Assembly (NCBI RefSeq): GCF_006345805.1 | Contig: NC_042998.1 | Location: 105,090,001 to 105,154,000 of the forward strand | From: Octopus sinensis | Taxonomy: Eukaryota | Direction of reading: 5' to 3' | Length of the DNA stretch: 64,000 bases | Shown here: piece after piece, positions 38,160 to 52,110 of the stretch | Position numbering within the stretch: position 1 is the first letter of the stretch | Layout: the number at the start of each line of letters is the position of its first letter | Translations under genes and position numbers: made by a program | The notes under the pieces: model-generated | Database searches by the model: none | Seen by the model: only the letters and a program-made list of their open reading frames with translations | What the model was told of the DNA's origin: nothing

Positions 38160-38662
38160 GTAAGTTTGGTAGTCTGCACTGAGCTTTATGTTCTTCATAC
38201 AAAAGACAGCTTTTTCAAATTTTCCATTTTTATTATGTAAAAACGTTTATGTAATAGGATTTAGATAATGCTCAATGGAAGCTTATAGTAAAGTGTTTAG
38301 GGTGTATTTCATGTGTTCAGTTAACTATGTAATTAATTTCATATCAGTTCCTCTTCTGCTTCATATCAGCTAAAAATTGCTGCCATCTTCTCGAATAGCT
38401 GCAGGAAACCATGATGTGTATTTAATTACAATACTAAGCCTTTCATCATCATGATCTTTTGCATATAACAACCACTTATATAAATATAGATGCGTGTGTG
38501 TATGTGTGTGTGTGTGTGTGTGTATGTATGCATGATAGTCAATTAACAGGCTCTCTGCATTTTGAGAGAGAGGAACAGGGTTCCCTGGTATAAACTTGTT
38601 AAGGCATGCCATATGATACAATGGCACCCCTATGACTCGATTAGGAGTTGAGGGTCACCATA

Positions 38663-38742
<80 letters not shown>

Positions 38743-38769
38743 CAGATAGATAGATAGATAGATAGATAT

Positions 38770-39270
38770 AGGAGGTGGTATCAAAATTTAAAATAACTTA
38801 TTTACCTAAGTTTTAACTTCGAAATAGTCCCCTTGCACAGTAGTACACTAGTAGCATTCCTCCTACATTTGAAATACAGCCAGGAAGTCGTTTTCTGTAA
38901 GCAAATCAAGGGATTTCTGCGATTTGCTTTGGATCTTGACAACAGTGTTAAAACGGCCACCTTCAAGCTGCATTTTCATCTTGGAGAAGACATGGATGTC
39001 CATAGGTGCTAAATCTGGCGAATAGGGTTGGTGCAGAAGCAATACCATGTTGTTTTTAGTGAGAAACTCACAAGTGTGGAGAGCTTAGCGACAGGATGCA
39101 TCGTTATCACAAAGAATCTAATTCTTCATGCTGCACAGATCCAGTTGCTTTTGATGAATGTCCTCCCTCAAACGGTTCAAAAGATTGCAGTAGAACTTGC
39201 AATTGATGGTCTGGCCCTGGGGAACAAATTCTCATTGCACAATATGACATTTCCATGAGTGATGCTTGTG
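38770..39270 (-). mobile_element. Mariner transposase C-terminal remnant
   Basis: ORF 38863..39048 LLHQPYSPDLAPMDIHVFSKMKMQLEGGRF. Confidence 0.85.
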
Positions 39271-39505
39271 GTAGTCTTCCATAACCCTCATCCTCTTCTA
39301 GGGATATTCTTCAGCCTTTGAAGCACCCATGCCATGCAGTCTAATGACCAAAACAAGTAAAAAGAAAAAGATAAAAAGGTATATATGCACACACGCACAC
39401 ACACGCACACACACACACATATATACACACATACACACACATATACACATGCATACATATATTTGTACATATAGATATTTATACATCGACACACACATTT
39501 ATATT

Positions 39506-39543
<38 letters not shown>

Positions 39544-40059
39544 AGGAGAAAACATAGAGAGAGAGGTGGGGAAATTAAGAGATAGGCTGAATACACAACA
39601 GATTACCACACGAAATGCCTTCAACAGAATAATTTCGTCAATGGAGTATCAGTGAACAGATTGTTGATATTTCAGATATTCTATTACAAATGTTGCAGTT
39701 GTTGAGGCACGACTGGGTGGCAATAAGTTTCCTTGTTAACCACAAAGTCCCAAGTTCAGTCCCATTGCATGGCACTTTGAGTAAGTGTCTTCTACCATAG
39801 TCTTGGGCTGACCAAAGCCTTGTGAGTGGATTTGGTAGACAGAAACTGAAAGAAGCCTGTTGTACATCTATGTATCTATGTGTGGGTGTCTTTGTGCCTC
39901 TGTTTGTTCCCCACCACCGATTGACAACTAGTGTTGGTGTGTTTACATCCCCATAACTTGGCAGGTTGGCAAAGGAGACAAGTAGAATAAGTTTAACCCC
40001 TTTGCATTTAAAACATAAATGCAATGTGCCATCATCCGTTTCTCTAATTTCTCTCCTAT

Positions 40060-40505
40060 CACATCACAATTCTCTCTCTCACATACTGTCTTGCAATCTG
40101 AAACACTTAAAATCTTTGGTCCTCATATCACTGAACATAAGCAAACTTCTTCTTTTCTGCTTCTCCCTTGGCTAGATACACCTGTCTCCTAGCTTCCCTT
40201 CTGGTTATCTGATACAGCTCCATGCTACCCCCACACTTCCAGGCCTACCAGACCTGTTTCTTTACTCTAATGGCCCTGTCTACAGTATCGTTCCACCACC
40301 ACGTCACCCTAGGTCTGGATGGGACTTTGCACCAGTCACCAATTTGGTCTGTTGCACTCAGCAAGCCATCCTCCAAGAATTTCCAATTGCTCTCTATGTC
40401 ATAAATCTGTACCTCCTTCTCCTTCTCATCAAATTTCTCAATTAGGATGTCTCTAAATTTCTGACTATCTGAAGGGTCCTTAAGCTTCTTTTCCAGATTG
40501 GTCTA
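40060..40505 (-). mobile_element. RTE LINE internal fragment
   Basis: Similar to RTE ORF sequence at 43000-43400; a CORE-like SINE lies at ~39700-39990 (minus). Confidence 0.45.
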
Positions 40506-40834
40506 CTCTGGCCTGGAGTGTGTGTGTAGTGGTGGTGGTCGTGGGGTGTCTGCATGTATGTATATACGTATGTATGTACATATACATGTATATATCAAGA
40601 AGTGAAAGAGACATGCATCCCATCCAGTCACATCCATTTCTTTATCTTTTTTATTAAGGCTGCACCAATATTTACTGCAAAGAAATTTCAAACTGAAGAT
40701 TATCCTCAGCATAAAAGTAGTCTTAGTCCAGCTGCATGTTTCTGATTTAGCATACATTTGTAAAGAAGCACTGGTAATATTAAACATAATCATAAGCAAA
40801 TAATCTCTTGTTTATTCAAACTTGCTATTCACAG

Positions 40835-40886
40835 TCAGTTATTATACATTATGGTGGAAGTGACCAATGATAGAGCAAAATTAAAT
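40835..40886 (+). CDS. Candidate exon H (QLLYIMVEVTNDRAKLN)
   Basis: cttgctattcacag acceptor, GTATGC donor; 52 nt open, phase 2->0. Confidence 0.5.
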
Positions 40887-41330
40887 GTATGCTACTTGGA
40901 ATCCTCTGTCTGTCCTGGTATTCACCAAAATTTAATCTGTTAGGAATGTCGTGAAAGAATGTGGTTCAATATCTATATTTGTGTTATAGTTGCTATGCTA
41001 AGTGTATGTGAAATTCTCAACCAGCAGCACAATATAGTCAATACATTTAGTAATGCATTTTTCACTTTTCTTCTTTATTCTTGTTATTCATACACACACA
41101 CCCATATACACAAATACACACACACACATACATAAAGTGTGTGTGTGTGTGTATGAGAAATTATGAATGTCATATCCAGCAATACTACTAAGTACAGTAG
41201 TAACCACACTAGTATACTGGAAACAGACTGGATGATGCTTTTCCACACAGACCACTAAACTCACCAGTAGCAGTCATACATCTAATTGTACAAACAAAAT
41301 TTGTTATATATATATATACATGTATATATA

Positions 41331-41407
<77 letters not shown>

Positions 41408-41409
41408 TA

Positions 41410-41449
<40 letters not shown>

Positions 41450-41679
41450 CGTATATGTAATTGTGTATATATATACACACACATACATATATGTATGTAC
41501 ACACACACACACACACACACACACACGTATTTATTAAAATTCGATTTGGAAACGTAACATCTAACAACCTAGTGGTTGTCTTATATACTTCTCTAACAAG
41601 ATTTTGCTGAATACAATGATTAAATTACTGGAATTTTGTTCTTCGGGCAAAATCGAAACAGCTGTAAAGAATATTTACT

Positions 41680-42114
41680 CTTTTACTCTTTTACTTGTTT
41701 CAGTCAGTTGACTGTGGCCATGCTGGAGCACCGCCTTTAGTCGAGCAACTCGACCCCAGGACTTATTCTTTGTAAGCCCAGTACTTATTCTATCAGTCTC
41801 TTTTGCCAAACCGCTAAGTGATGGGGACATAAACACACCAGCATCGGTTGTCAAGCAATGCTAGGGGGACAAACACAGACACACAAACATACACACACAC
41901 ACATATATATACATATATACGACGGGCTTCTTTCAGTTTCTGCCTACCAAATCCACTCACAAGGCTTTGGTCGGCCCGAGGCTATAGTAGAAGACACTTG
42001 CCCAAGGTGCCACACAGTGTGACTGAACCCAAACCATGTGGTTGGTAAGCAAGCTACTTACCACACAGCCACTCCTGCGCCTAGCTACTTACCACACAGC
42101 CACTCCTGCGCCTA
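41680..42114 (-). mobile_element. CORE-like tRNA SINE, full length, with duplicated head
   Basis: Minus strand taggcgcaggagtggctgtgtggtaagtagc (twice)...gtggcaccttgggcaagtgtcttc...aaagagtaaaagagt. Other copies at 24215, 37955, 43985, 55320 and 62655. Confidence 0.9.
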
Positions 42115-42130
42115 TGTTGAATTTTTGCAG

Positions 42131-42149
42131 TTAATAAATTGTATTAATG
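42131..42149 (+). CDS. Candidate microexon I (LINCIN-V)
   Basis: atttttgcag acceptor, GTACAT donor; 19 nt, phase 0->1, bridging H and J. The acceptor abuts a SINE. Confidence 0.3.
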
Positions 42150-42314
42150 GTACATCTCCATTTTCTGAATTCTAATTTGAATATCTATAAACCAAGATTT
42201 ACACTTATACCTATTATTTTATGAATATTACTATTCATAAAAAAAATAATAAGCAATGAACCAGAAATTCTTTGGATATTTTTATCCCTTAATGAAGCTA
42301 TTTTAACCACTATT

Positions 42315-42346
<32 letters not shown>

Positions 42347-42764
42347 ACGATAAAGGTGGCTAGATGCAATATAAAACCAAAAAGGAAAAGTTCAATCGTC
42401 ACTAACTGTGACTGATAGTGTGGGGTAGCACCTATATTGCAAGAAATAAGGGCCAACGACCCTTATTGCCACAAACATAGCATAAGTGTATGTACTGTCA
42501 GGGAAGTTAACTGCTCCATAGTGAGCAAAGGTATTATATTGGCAAGCCAATTTTGCTTGAAATTAAAGCTCATCAGTAGTACTACTCAATCACTAGTAGT
42601 TAAGAAAAATCCTACCCGCCATTATATAGATTTTAACATACGAATCAATGGATGGTTCAGCAAAATGTTAATTGAAAATTATAAAATAATAAAGGTGGCT
42701 GCATATATATACATATAAACATGCATACATACATACATATATATGTGTATATATATATATATAT

Positions 42765-43975
42765 CTTCATCATTTAATGTCCACCTTCCATGCTGGCATG
42801 GGTGGGATGGTTTGACAAGAGCCAGCCAAGCAGGAGCCTGCACCAGACTTTCGTGACTATTTTAGCAGGATTTTTACAGCTGGATGCCCTTCCAAATGCC
42901 AATAACTTTACAGTGTTGACTGGGTGCTTTTAAGGGATACCTGCACCGAGAAGGTCACCAAGTACTTGCAAGACAAATAAAAAGGAACTTTTTTGAGAGG
43001 AGAGGGGGACTGGAGGAGGTGATCTTGTGTCGAATTATGACAGGTCATAGTGAGGCAGAGAGACAGAAACAGGTGTGCTGCCACAAAGAAAATACATGGT
43101 TACCCAACCTGAGGGAAGTACAGGAGAAGGAGAGAGTGATATTGGGAGACAGCAGGATAGAGATGGTGGCAAAGTGCCGGGCATACACAATGATACAGTG
43201 AGACAGGGCATGGGTGAAACATACAGGTCAGAAGCTAGCAAAGAGTAATGATACAGTGGCACAGGGCCAAGAGGACAGGATTGGGGACTGAGAGGTAAGC
43301 CTAGTGCATAAAGTGGAAATGTGAGGAAGAGAAGAGATGTAGAAATGTAGTTTGGTTTACTGTGGAAAAGTGTGTGAGAAATAAAAGGGGTAGGTATAAA
43401 TTCTGTACACTGTTCTTGATGTAAGCTTTGTGCACAAAAATAATATAGTTGAGTCACTGACAAACTATTTGAGAATGTAAGCTTCATATGTGGGAGATGC
43501 ACTGAAGCGGTTTGTACAAGTACATTAGAAACTAAGTCTCTTAAATGCCCAGAAAGCTCATTAGAAATAGTTGATAGCTTTTGTTACTTAGATTCAATTA
43601 GTAAGAGAAGTGGATGCCCTGAAAGTATAGTTGCCAGAGTAAGAACTGGTTGGAGAAAGTTTAGGGAGTTACTACCATTGTTAACAACAAAGATTTTTTC
43701 CCTAAGAGTGAAGGTTAGCTTGTATGTTGCATGTGTTAAAAGGGCAATGCCACATGGTTGTGAGATATGGGCCTTGAATGCAAAGGACTTGAGGAGACTG
43801 GAAAGAAATGTGGTGAATATGCCCCATTGGATGCGTAATGTGTGTACAGTTGAAAGAATTAGTACAAATGAACTACGTGGACATGTTATAAGAGGAATCA
43901 GATGTTGTGTTCAAGAAAGAAGACTGCAGTGGCATGGACATGTAATGTGTATAGATGAGGACAACTGTCTATAGA
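42765..43975. mobile_element. Rearranged RTE LINE pieces (3' end minus; RT C-terminus plus)
   Basis: LEIVDSFCYL...ARVRTGWRKFRELLPLLTTK...HGCEIWALNAKDLRRLERN...RRLQWHGHV. Confidence 0.8.
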
Positions 43976-44289
43976 GAAATGAAGGGCTTCTACTCAGCTT
44001 CTGTCAAGTGAATGTATTGATCAGCTCAAGGCTGTATGGATATAGTAGAAGACACTTGCCCAAGGAGCCATGCAGTAGGACTGAACCCAAAACTATGTGG
44101 TTGCAAAGCAAACTTCTTAACCACACACAACCATACTTGTTTATCATAAGTATAATTTTAAATAGTGACCCAAATTGTTTTTAAAGTGAAGCCACAATTA
44201 AAGGCCTCAACTAAAAAAGTATTTTAACTCTTTCAGAACCACTTTTAAAATTACTATTAAAATTAATTGAAAGTAGAGAAGGAAATAGC

Positions 44290-45010
44290 TGTCTTATTCT
44301 TGTCTTTATCACTGATTTTACTACTCAATGTATTTTCTGATATTAGCAGATGCTTGGATACTTTTGAGTTACACACTTGACTCTCAATATCCAGAAGTTA
44401 ATTAGCTGCAAGAAGAAAGAATTCGCTTAATGTGTAAATATATCTGTTTAATCTTCGACAGATTCCTTTTTTGAAATAACTGCAACTATAATTTTCTTCA
44501 AATAAATTCTCTATAAGAGATAACCAGCAATTCTATGTACAGATTCTTTAGTGTTTCTTGGTAACTTTTAGTGCAATCTATAGATCTTTAAACTTTGATG
44601 ACTTTAATTGCAAGCTTTTTTAATTCAATAAACTGCATTTCAAAATCTGCAACTTCCATCCAATGAAACCGCAATGATTCAGATTTGCTTTCATCAAAGT
44701 TTTTAGATTTAATCAAAAAGTGGAATCATTATGCTTAAATAATGAAAATCTCTAAACCTTTTCAGAAAATTCTGATGTTTTAGTACTTTGATGTATTATT
44801 AAATCTCATCTATAGTGACAATGTAATGTGTTGATAGATCTTTTATGAATTTAAAATACTAAAATGTTTAAGATCCATTATCTTGTGAAAAAATGTCAGC
44901 TTAACATCAAATTATTTACAAATTTCATAAAACTTTAATGCCATTTAACTTGGATATTCAATTTAAGCCAATACTTAAATAACATAACTGCTGATAACTT
45001 GAGCTATTTT
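44290..45010 (-). mobile_element. hAT (Charlie/Buster-like) transposase C-terminal remnant
   Basis: Minus strand gives RFRDF..., DFEMQFIEL and a decayed QIFxHxKRILS..LTS dimerisation-type segment; many stops. Confidence 0.45.
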
Positions 45011-45162
45011 ATCTATTTATCTTCATTTACTTTATAGACATAGTACTAGCTATTTGTGAGTGAAAGATCAGAATGACTTAACAACATTAATAAAACTCTC
45101 CCCTGTTTATTTTTTCATTCATCAATATATTGTCATATTTGATATCTATTTTCTATATTTAG

Positions 45163-45237
45163 TATCACAATCTGTGAATAATAACTTAGTTGGTAGTAGA
45201 TTTCCAATGGACTCAAACATTGCTTTTCTCTTGAGGA
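45163..45237 (+). CDS. Candidate exon J (V-SQSVNNNLVGSRFPMDSNIAFLLR-)
   Basis: Very strong acceptor tgatatctattttctatatttag, GTATGA donor; only one frame open; phase 1->1. Confidence 0.5.
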
Positions 45238-46149
45238 GTATGATGAGGAATTGTAACTCATTGCAGAACAAATATCATAAGTGACTTCATTTATAAATGA
45301 CCAGCTTTAGCTATGCTGCTGATTTGTATATTCTTCATCAATGTACCTCAACAAAAGATACACACATATCACACACACATGCGCGCACACACATATGCAC
45401 ACTCACACTGACACTCACAAACACAAATGCATACACACACTCACGCACATACACATATATATACACAAACTCTCTCTCTCTCACACACACACACACACAT
45501 ACACACACACTACACAAACATTACAAATATTCACAGCCAGCACCAAGATGGTATATCTCTATCAAATACATAAATTAATGACAAAGATTTCTCTCCCCTC
45601 TAGAAATATAAACAAGGATGCATTTTGCACCAAAAGCCAATAGGAGATTTTCTCTCATGGTATCTACTGCAGTATAGTTTGTTCTGATAGAACATCCACA
45701 TTTAAGTGGAGATAATTATTACCTCTCTGATCTATATGTGCTGTGGTTTACTGTCAATAAATATATCCCATAAGGCCCAGTGTTTGATTTGCCCAGGAGC
45801 CTATACTTCTGCTAAGACAGCTCTGACAGAGACACCTTGATAGGTACTATCATTCCAGTCCATAGCAGACTTAAGAATAATAGTGACCAAGGGATAATTC
45901 CATATTCTCCAAAACTCATGAGATCTTGAGCTGGAGATCACCACCTTTTGCAGTTTAATAAAAATAAACTCAAGAATGTTAGAGATGTATTTGTTTAGCT
46001 TGTGACTTATATAAATGGCTTGTAGAAATGAGAGGAAATCTTGTCACTGTGCATAATGAATTGTGCTTTATGAATAGTGAATATAACAGTTTTTGACTGT
46101 GTTTAAAACAGCTAAAATGTCTATTACTATCATCATCATCATTATTATC

Positions 46150-46990
46150 CTCATCATTTAACATTCGTTGTCCATGCTGGCATAGGTTTGATGGTTTGAC
46201 CAGGGCTGGCAAGCAGGAAGGCTGCACCAGACTCCAGTCTGATTTGGCATCGCTTCAACAGCTGGATACCCTTCTTAACTCTAACCACTCCAAGAGTGTA
46301 ATGGGTGCTTTTATGTGTCACCAGCATGGGTGCCATTTGTGTATCTGCCACAACTGTGATTTTACTTGGCTTAGTGGGTCTTTTTCTCAACCACAACATA
46401 ATGTCAAAGGTCTCAGTCATTGCCTCAATGAGGCTAAACACTTGAAGGGAGCTCAGCCACTTTGCATCAGTGAGGCCTAACACTCAAAAGGTGCTCTTTA
46501 CATGCCACCAGCATGGGTACCAGTAACATGACATCAGTACCAGCCCCGACTATGATTTCACTTGGCTTGACAGGTCCGCTCAAGCACAGCACATCATTAA
46601 AGGTCTTGGTTATTAATCATTGCCTCCGTGAGGCCCAAAGTTCGAAGATCATGCTTCACTACCTCATCCCATGTCTTTCTGGGTCTACCTCCACCACAGG
46701 TTCCCTCCACAGTTAGAGATCAGAACTTCTTTACACAGCTGTCCTCATCCATATGCCTTTCATGACCATACCAGTGCAGCCAGCTCTCTTGCACACCACA
46801 TCTTATTCCCAACTTTTCTCTCAAGATGCTCACACTCTGATGAACATGCACACTGACATTGCACATCCAGCAAAGCATACTGGCTTCATTTCTTTCAAAC
46901 TTACGCATGTCCTTGGTTGTCACAGCCCATGTTTCACTGCCATGTAGCATAGCTGTCTGCCACAACCCATGTTTCACAGCCATGTAGCAT
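46150..46990 (-). mobile_element. 5'-truncated RTE LINE
   Basis: ORF 46720..46983 LHGSETWAVTTKDMRKFERNEASML...LHWYGH; 3' UTR and catcat tail. Confidence 0.85.
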
Positions 46991-48385
46991 ACTCATAGTA
47001 TAATTAATATCTTTAATGTGTTTTACCAAAAATTTTAGCACAGTTCGTATTGCTCAAATAACAACTTGCTTAAAATTGCAATTGTCATCATCATCGTTGT
47101 CATCATCACCATCATGATAGAAAGAACAATAAAATCTCCTTCAAAATCACATAGCGATGTTTAAAAATAAAGGACAAAGTAAATAAAGTAGTTTCAGAAA
47201 AAAAAATGTCTGAAGAGAAAGCATGATCCCAGAATGCTTCGGGCCTCAGGTCTGTTCAATAATGGCTAATATAGGGCTAAGTAACAACAACAGATGTTAG
47301 TCAAAGGAAAATCATTCTTATGTCAATAATTAATGTACTTAAAAATTACTTTTGCTAAAATTAAGCATAACATATTTAGTATAATAATTCATTAAAGTTG
47401 CTAATTAGAATTTTCCTCAGCTGAGTCAAAAATGTAATTCACAATAAGAAATGTTTTGATGTACAGCATTTTCTTCAAGTCTCTTCTATCTTGACCTTAA
47501 CTTGACTAATGTCCCCTAAGAAAAGTTTCTGTGTAGGAAACTCTATGGAAGACTATAGTTAGTGTATATGCACGAATGTGTGTATGTGTGTGTGGGGGGG
47601 ACGCATTTGTATTTTGCATTTTGTATATATATATATATATGAGTTGACCTTAACTGAATAAAAATACCTTGAGGTAGTTATTGCCGTATTGGCTTTCTCT
47701 ACAATATCTTATGAGATTGATATGTTATTGGAGTCAATATAATGAAATAGAAACCATTGAAGGTGGTACTGCAGCATAACTGCAGACCAATGGCTGAATC
47801 TGATAAAAGAGTGAAAAGAATAATACATTTGGCTTGAAATTAATAAAGTATTTCTCTTAAAATGAAAAATATCAAAACACAAATACGGAAGGTTTTGGAA
47901 CTTGTTTTAGAATCTTTATAAGATAAGAAAGGATTTTCATTAAATATAAAAGATTTTGTTCATGATAAATTACCTTAATAGCTCTTAGATTCTATTTCTA
48001 CATAGGAATTGAATTACTATACATTTCATGAAACTTTGATTTATTCTTATATAAGGTTATGTGAAACATTTCTTTTAAGGTATTTATGCAGTAGAAAATT
48101 CCCTCATTTTGCTGGAACACCTCTTTAATCAAAATAAATAAGAAGCCATATTTCAGCTATAGGTAGAGATTGATGGAAAGTTTGATTTATTATATAAAAA
48201 AATTAATTATTTAAAGCTCTCTGCAGCAATTGTGTTCAGATAATGTTTGCCTTATCAGGCATTGTAGTGGTCAATTCCAGAACACAGAGGCATCGAAAGA
48301 GTTAATTTATGAGGCTATTTCCAATATGGTTGTTTCATCAGTCATACTTACCACCTAGTATTTTGTAGAATTTTTCTTCTCTTAG

Positions 48386-48393
48386 ATATCTAT
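48386..48393 (+). CDS. Candidate 8-nt microexon L (N-IY)
   Basis: tttttcttctcttag acceptor, GTAAGA donor; its length converts phase 1 (exon J) to phase 0 (exon M). Confidence 0.35.
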
Positions 48394-48707
48394 GTAAGAC
48401 TTCTCCATTATCACTCAATTTCTTCAAGAAATAACAACTGAATTACATTTGAACACTGTCTTGAGAAAAGAAATGCCATGTTAGATAATGCAGTCGTAGA
48501 TATACCCAGAAACGCAGATTGATTATAGCTGGAATGCCTTTCATTATTACTTGAGCAAGGCTTACCTGACAGCTAAACAAGAACAGCAGATATACAAAAA
48601 CAGACTGGATAATGGAAGAAAAGCAATATGGCCTGATAAACTGACCTTAATATATCATTGGTACATCATTAAACCAATGATAGAGCCTCTACATAGATAT
48701 ATGTATG

Positions 48708-48744
<37 letters not shown>

Positions 48745-49021
48745 CTCATCATCATCATCATCATTGTCATTTAACATCTGTTTACCATGCTGGCATGGGT
48801 TGGATGGTTCGACTGGGGTCTGGGAAGCCAGGAGGCTGCACCAAGCCCCAGTCTGATCTGGCAGTGTTTCTACACCTGGATGCCCTTCCTAATGTCAATC
48901 ACTTTGAGAGTGTAGTGGGTGCTTTTTACGTGCCACCAGCACAGAAGCCAGTCAAGGTAGCACTGGCATCAGCCACATTCAGATGGTGCTTCTTGTGTGC
49001 TACTGGCATGGGGCTCACAAC

Positions 49022-49080
<59 letters not shown>

Positions 49081-50053
49081 TATACATATATACAAAATGA
49101 TGCTTGTGATTGCACATTCGATACAGTCATAGAAATTAAAAAGTAAAAAGTAAAAGCAATAATAAATGACCACTCAGTACTTGTAGTCTTAATTCACAGA
49201 GCAGTAGTCTTAAAAATGGAAAGGTATATAAGGTTCACTAATACCATTTAAGTGGAACTTGGTAGATGGAAACTGTGAGCAAGCCTATTGTATATATGTG
49301 TCTATATCCATATCTGTGTTTGTCTTCAAACTGATGTTATTTGTTTTAAAAAGTAGACATCCTTTTATTTATGAGTATATACAATGGCCTATATGAAAGT
49401 GAAAGAATTGATAATCACTTATAATCAACTGGAAAATGAAACTAAAGAGACCTTTTCTTTTACTCGGTAATAATTAGCAATAAAATGAAAGGGAAAATGC
49501 TTCATGTGTTTTGTTTTCCATATATTGAAGAAATGTCTGAATGTAGACCCCCAAAACATCTGTAAGAATCATGGAGGAGATAATTGATCATGAATGTTCA
49601 ATTGAGTTTCTTTGCATCTGTGGGATTAATTTATGATTCAGAGATGTGCAATCATTTTATTTCAGCTTGTAGATTTTTAATAAAAAATATGTACAAATTA
49701 ATCATTTGGAATTTCACACACTGCAATCATTAGATTTAAGTTTCAGGATTTTAACAGAAAAAAATTACAAGCACATCATTGGAAATTTCACCAAAAAATC
49801 AGGAACCTTTTATGGCTGATTATTACCAGTTATTAATTCTTTCATTTTTTCTACTTCTTTAACGTTTTGTAGCCATTTTTTTAATTTAAAAATCAAAAGA
49901 ATGCTATCAGGCACGTATACTTTAAGTACCTAATCGCAGTGCTGAAATATTAAAGCTTACCATCTAAGTGACACATGTTCAGTAGAATTCTATGACAGGT
50001 GTTTGATATTATAAACTGTTATTCTGGATAATGTTTGCTTATTTATTCTTTAG

Positions 50054-50127
50054 CTAAATTTACGGCTGTTTTATGAAGGATCACCAAATGCTTTTGATCT
50101 TAGATCTGTTTGTTCAGGACTGACCAG
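50054..50127 (+). CDS. Candidate exon M (LNLRLFYEGSPNAFDLRSVCSGLT-S)
   Basis: Strong acceptor tgcttatttattctttag, cag|GTACTA donor; only phase 0 open; 74 nt. Confidence 0.55.
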
Positions 50128-50286
50128 GTACTAAGCAATAAATAAATAAATAAAATCAGCTTAACCAGTTTTCAACTCAAGAATGAAAATCTCGGTCAAA
50201 CGTGGAAGTATTTAACTTCAGTTCTTAGGCAGGAATAAAACATAATCAACAACAAATATAATAATAATAATAATAATAATAATATA

Positions 50287-50373
<87 letters not shown>

Positions 50374-50374
50374 T

Positions 50375-50731
50375 ATGATAATTGACATAGCATGTCCCAG
50401 TGACAACAGGATCAATGTGAAAGAAGAAGGTAAAATAAACAACTATGATGATTTAAAGTGGGAAGTACAAAGGTTGTGGTCAATGAAGAGAGTAGGCGTG
50501 ATAACAATAGTAATTGGTGCACTTGGAAGTATCAGCACTCAACTACCAGCATGGCTGAAAAAGATTGGTGCAAGTGTGAAGGTAGAATATCTACAAAAAA
50601 AAAAAACAGTCACCATTGCTTGCAACTGCAAGAATTCTTTGCAGGCTTCCTGAAGCATGACCAGTAAACAAGTGTCACCTTAGTCTGTTGGCTGTGGACA
50701 TCATACCCAGCAAAATAAGCTGTGAGTTTTC

Positions 50732-50735
<4 letters not shown>
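50375..50735 (+). mobile_element. Dong/R4-like LINE 3' end embedded in (TAA)n
   Basis: IIDIACPSDNRINVKEEGKINNYDDLKWEVQRLWSMKRVGVITIVIGALGSI; (TAA)n at 50260-50372 and 50735-50945. Confidence 0.85.
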
Positions 50736-50791
<56 letters not shown>

Positions 50792-50865
50792 TGATGATGA
50801 TGATGATGACCATGATGACAACGACGACGACAATAATAATAATAATAATAATGATAATGATGATG

Positions 50866-50942
<77 letters not shown>

Positions 50943-51159
50943 GATAATGGTTTAAAATTTTGGTGTAAGACCAGCTATTTCAGAGAAGATAAGTCGATTA
51001 TATCAACCCCCCAGTACTCAACTGCTACTTATCTTATCAACCCTGAAAGAATGACAGGCAAAGTCGACCTCAATAGCATTGAACCCAGGATGTAAAGACA
51101 GATGAAATGCTACTAAGCATTTTGCCCAGTGTGCTAACAATTCTGCCAACTCCTTAAAA

Positions 51160-52110
51160 AAATACTTGTGGCGAAATATGATATTTTGAGAGAGCTAGGC
51201 ATTTCTAAACACATCTAGAAATGAGAGAAATCGATTATCAAAGTCTCAGAACACCAAATCAAATTACTGTATGGTCAAAATATATTACTATGCCCTGAGG
51301 TAGCTTCTCCTTGAGACTGAGACAGATTGCATTTCATTAAACGATTTTATATACTGAACATATATTGCTTCCCTTAAAAAAAATGGGTGTCAAAATGAAG
51401 AAAAAGGCTCCCAAAAAAGCACACAAACAGCTAAGGTGGAAAGAGCACATGAATAAGAAAATTGAAAGCTGATGGCAATTATTGATCTTAGATTAACTGT
51501 CCAAAGGAAATAATGGAAAGCTGAGAATGGCTAGAAAGATGAAGTGATAGTACAATCTGAAAAACATGAATGAAGTCCTGAGAGTAAAAGAGATGGTTAA
51601 ACAAAAAGTTCGGGTTAAGGACCAATGCTTATGCAGGTATCAAAAGAGAAACAAATTTTACAGACAAAATAAGATATTTAAAACAGATGGTAGGAATTTC
51701 TACAGAGATTTGGAGAAAAATACAATCTAAATGTAAAGACCCACCTCATATGAAAGAAGTAGTAACATTTTGAGAAAGCATATGGAGTGATAAAAGGGAA
51801 TTTAATGATGAAGCTGAATGGATAAGGAGAGAAGAAGAAAGAATAAATGAGATTGAAGAAGAAGAACAAGAGGATATTACAATGTGGGAATTAACTCAAT
51901 TCCTATTTAAAGTGAAAGTCTCCTGGACTTCTGGCTTAACAGCCTCTCATCATCACATTGCCAATTAATGGAATGTTTTTCTGACACAGCCAGAAAACCC
52001 CCAAAACTTCAAACTGACCCATATTAGGAATAACATACCTACTCCCTAAAATGAGTGACACAAAATACAAAAAAAATACTACAGGTTGATCACTTATTTG
52101 ACAGCTATGT
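51160..52110 (+). mobile_element. Dong/R4-like LINE ORF fragments, degenerate
   Basis: Homologous to 58330-59465 (RYQ..QN.FY, FW..IW, YR.IT.L...YKILTSIL). Confidence 0.6.

Noticed and set aside
41601-41663. 63-nt open in-phase exon ([21 protein letters not shown])
   Set aside because: AAG acceptor, lies between a microsatellite and a SINE, and overlaps a hammerhead-type remnant; more likely PLE debris, though not excluded.
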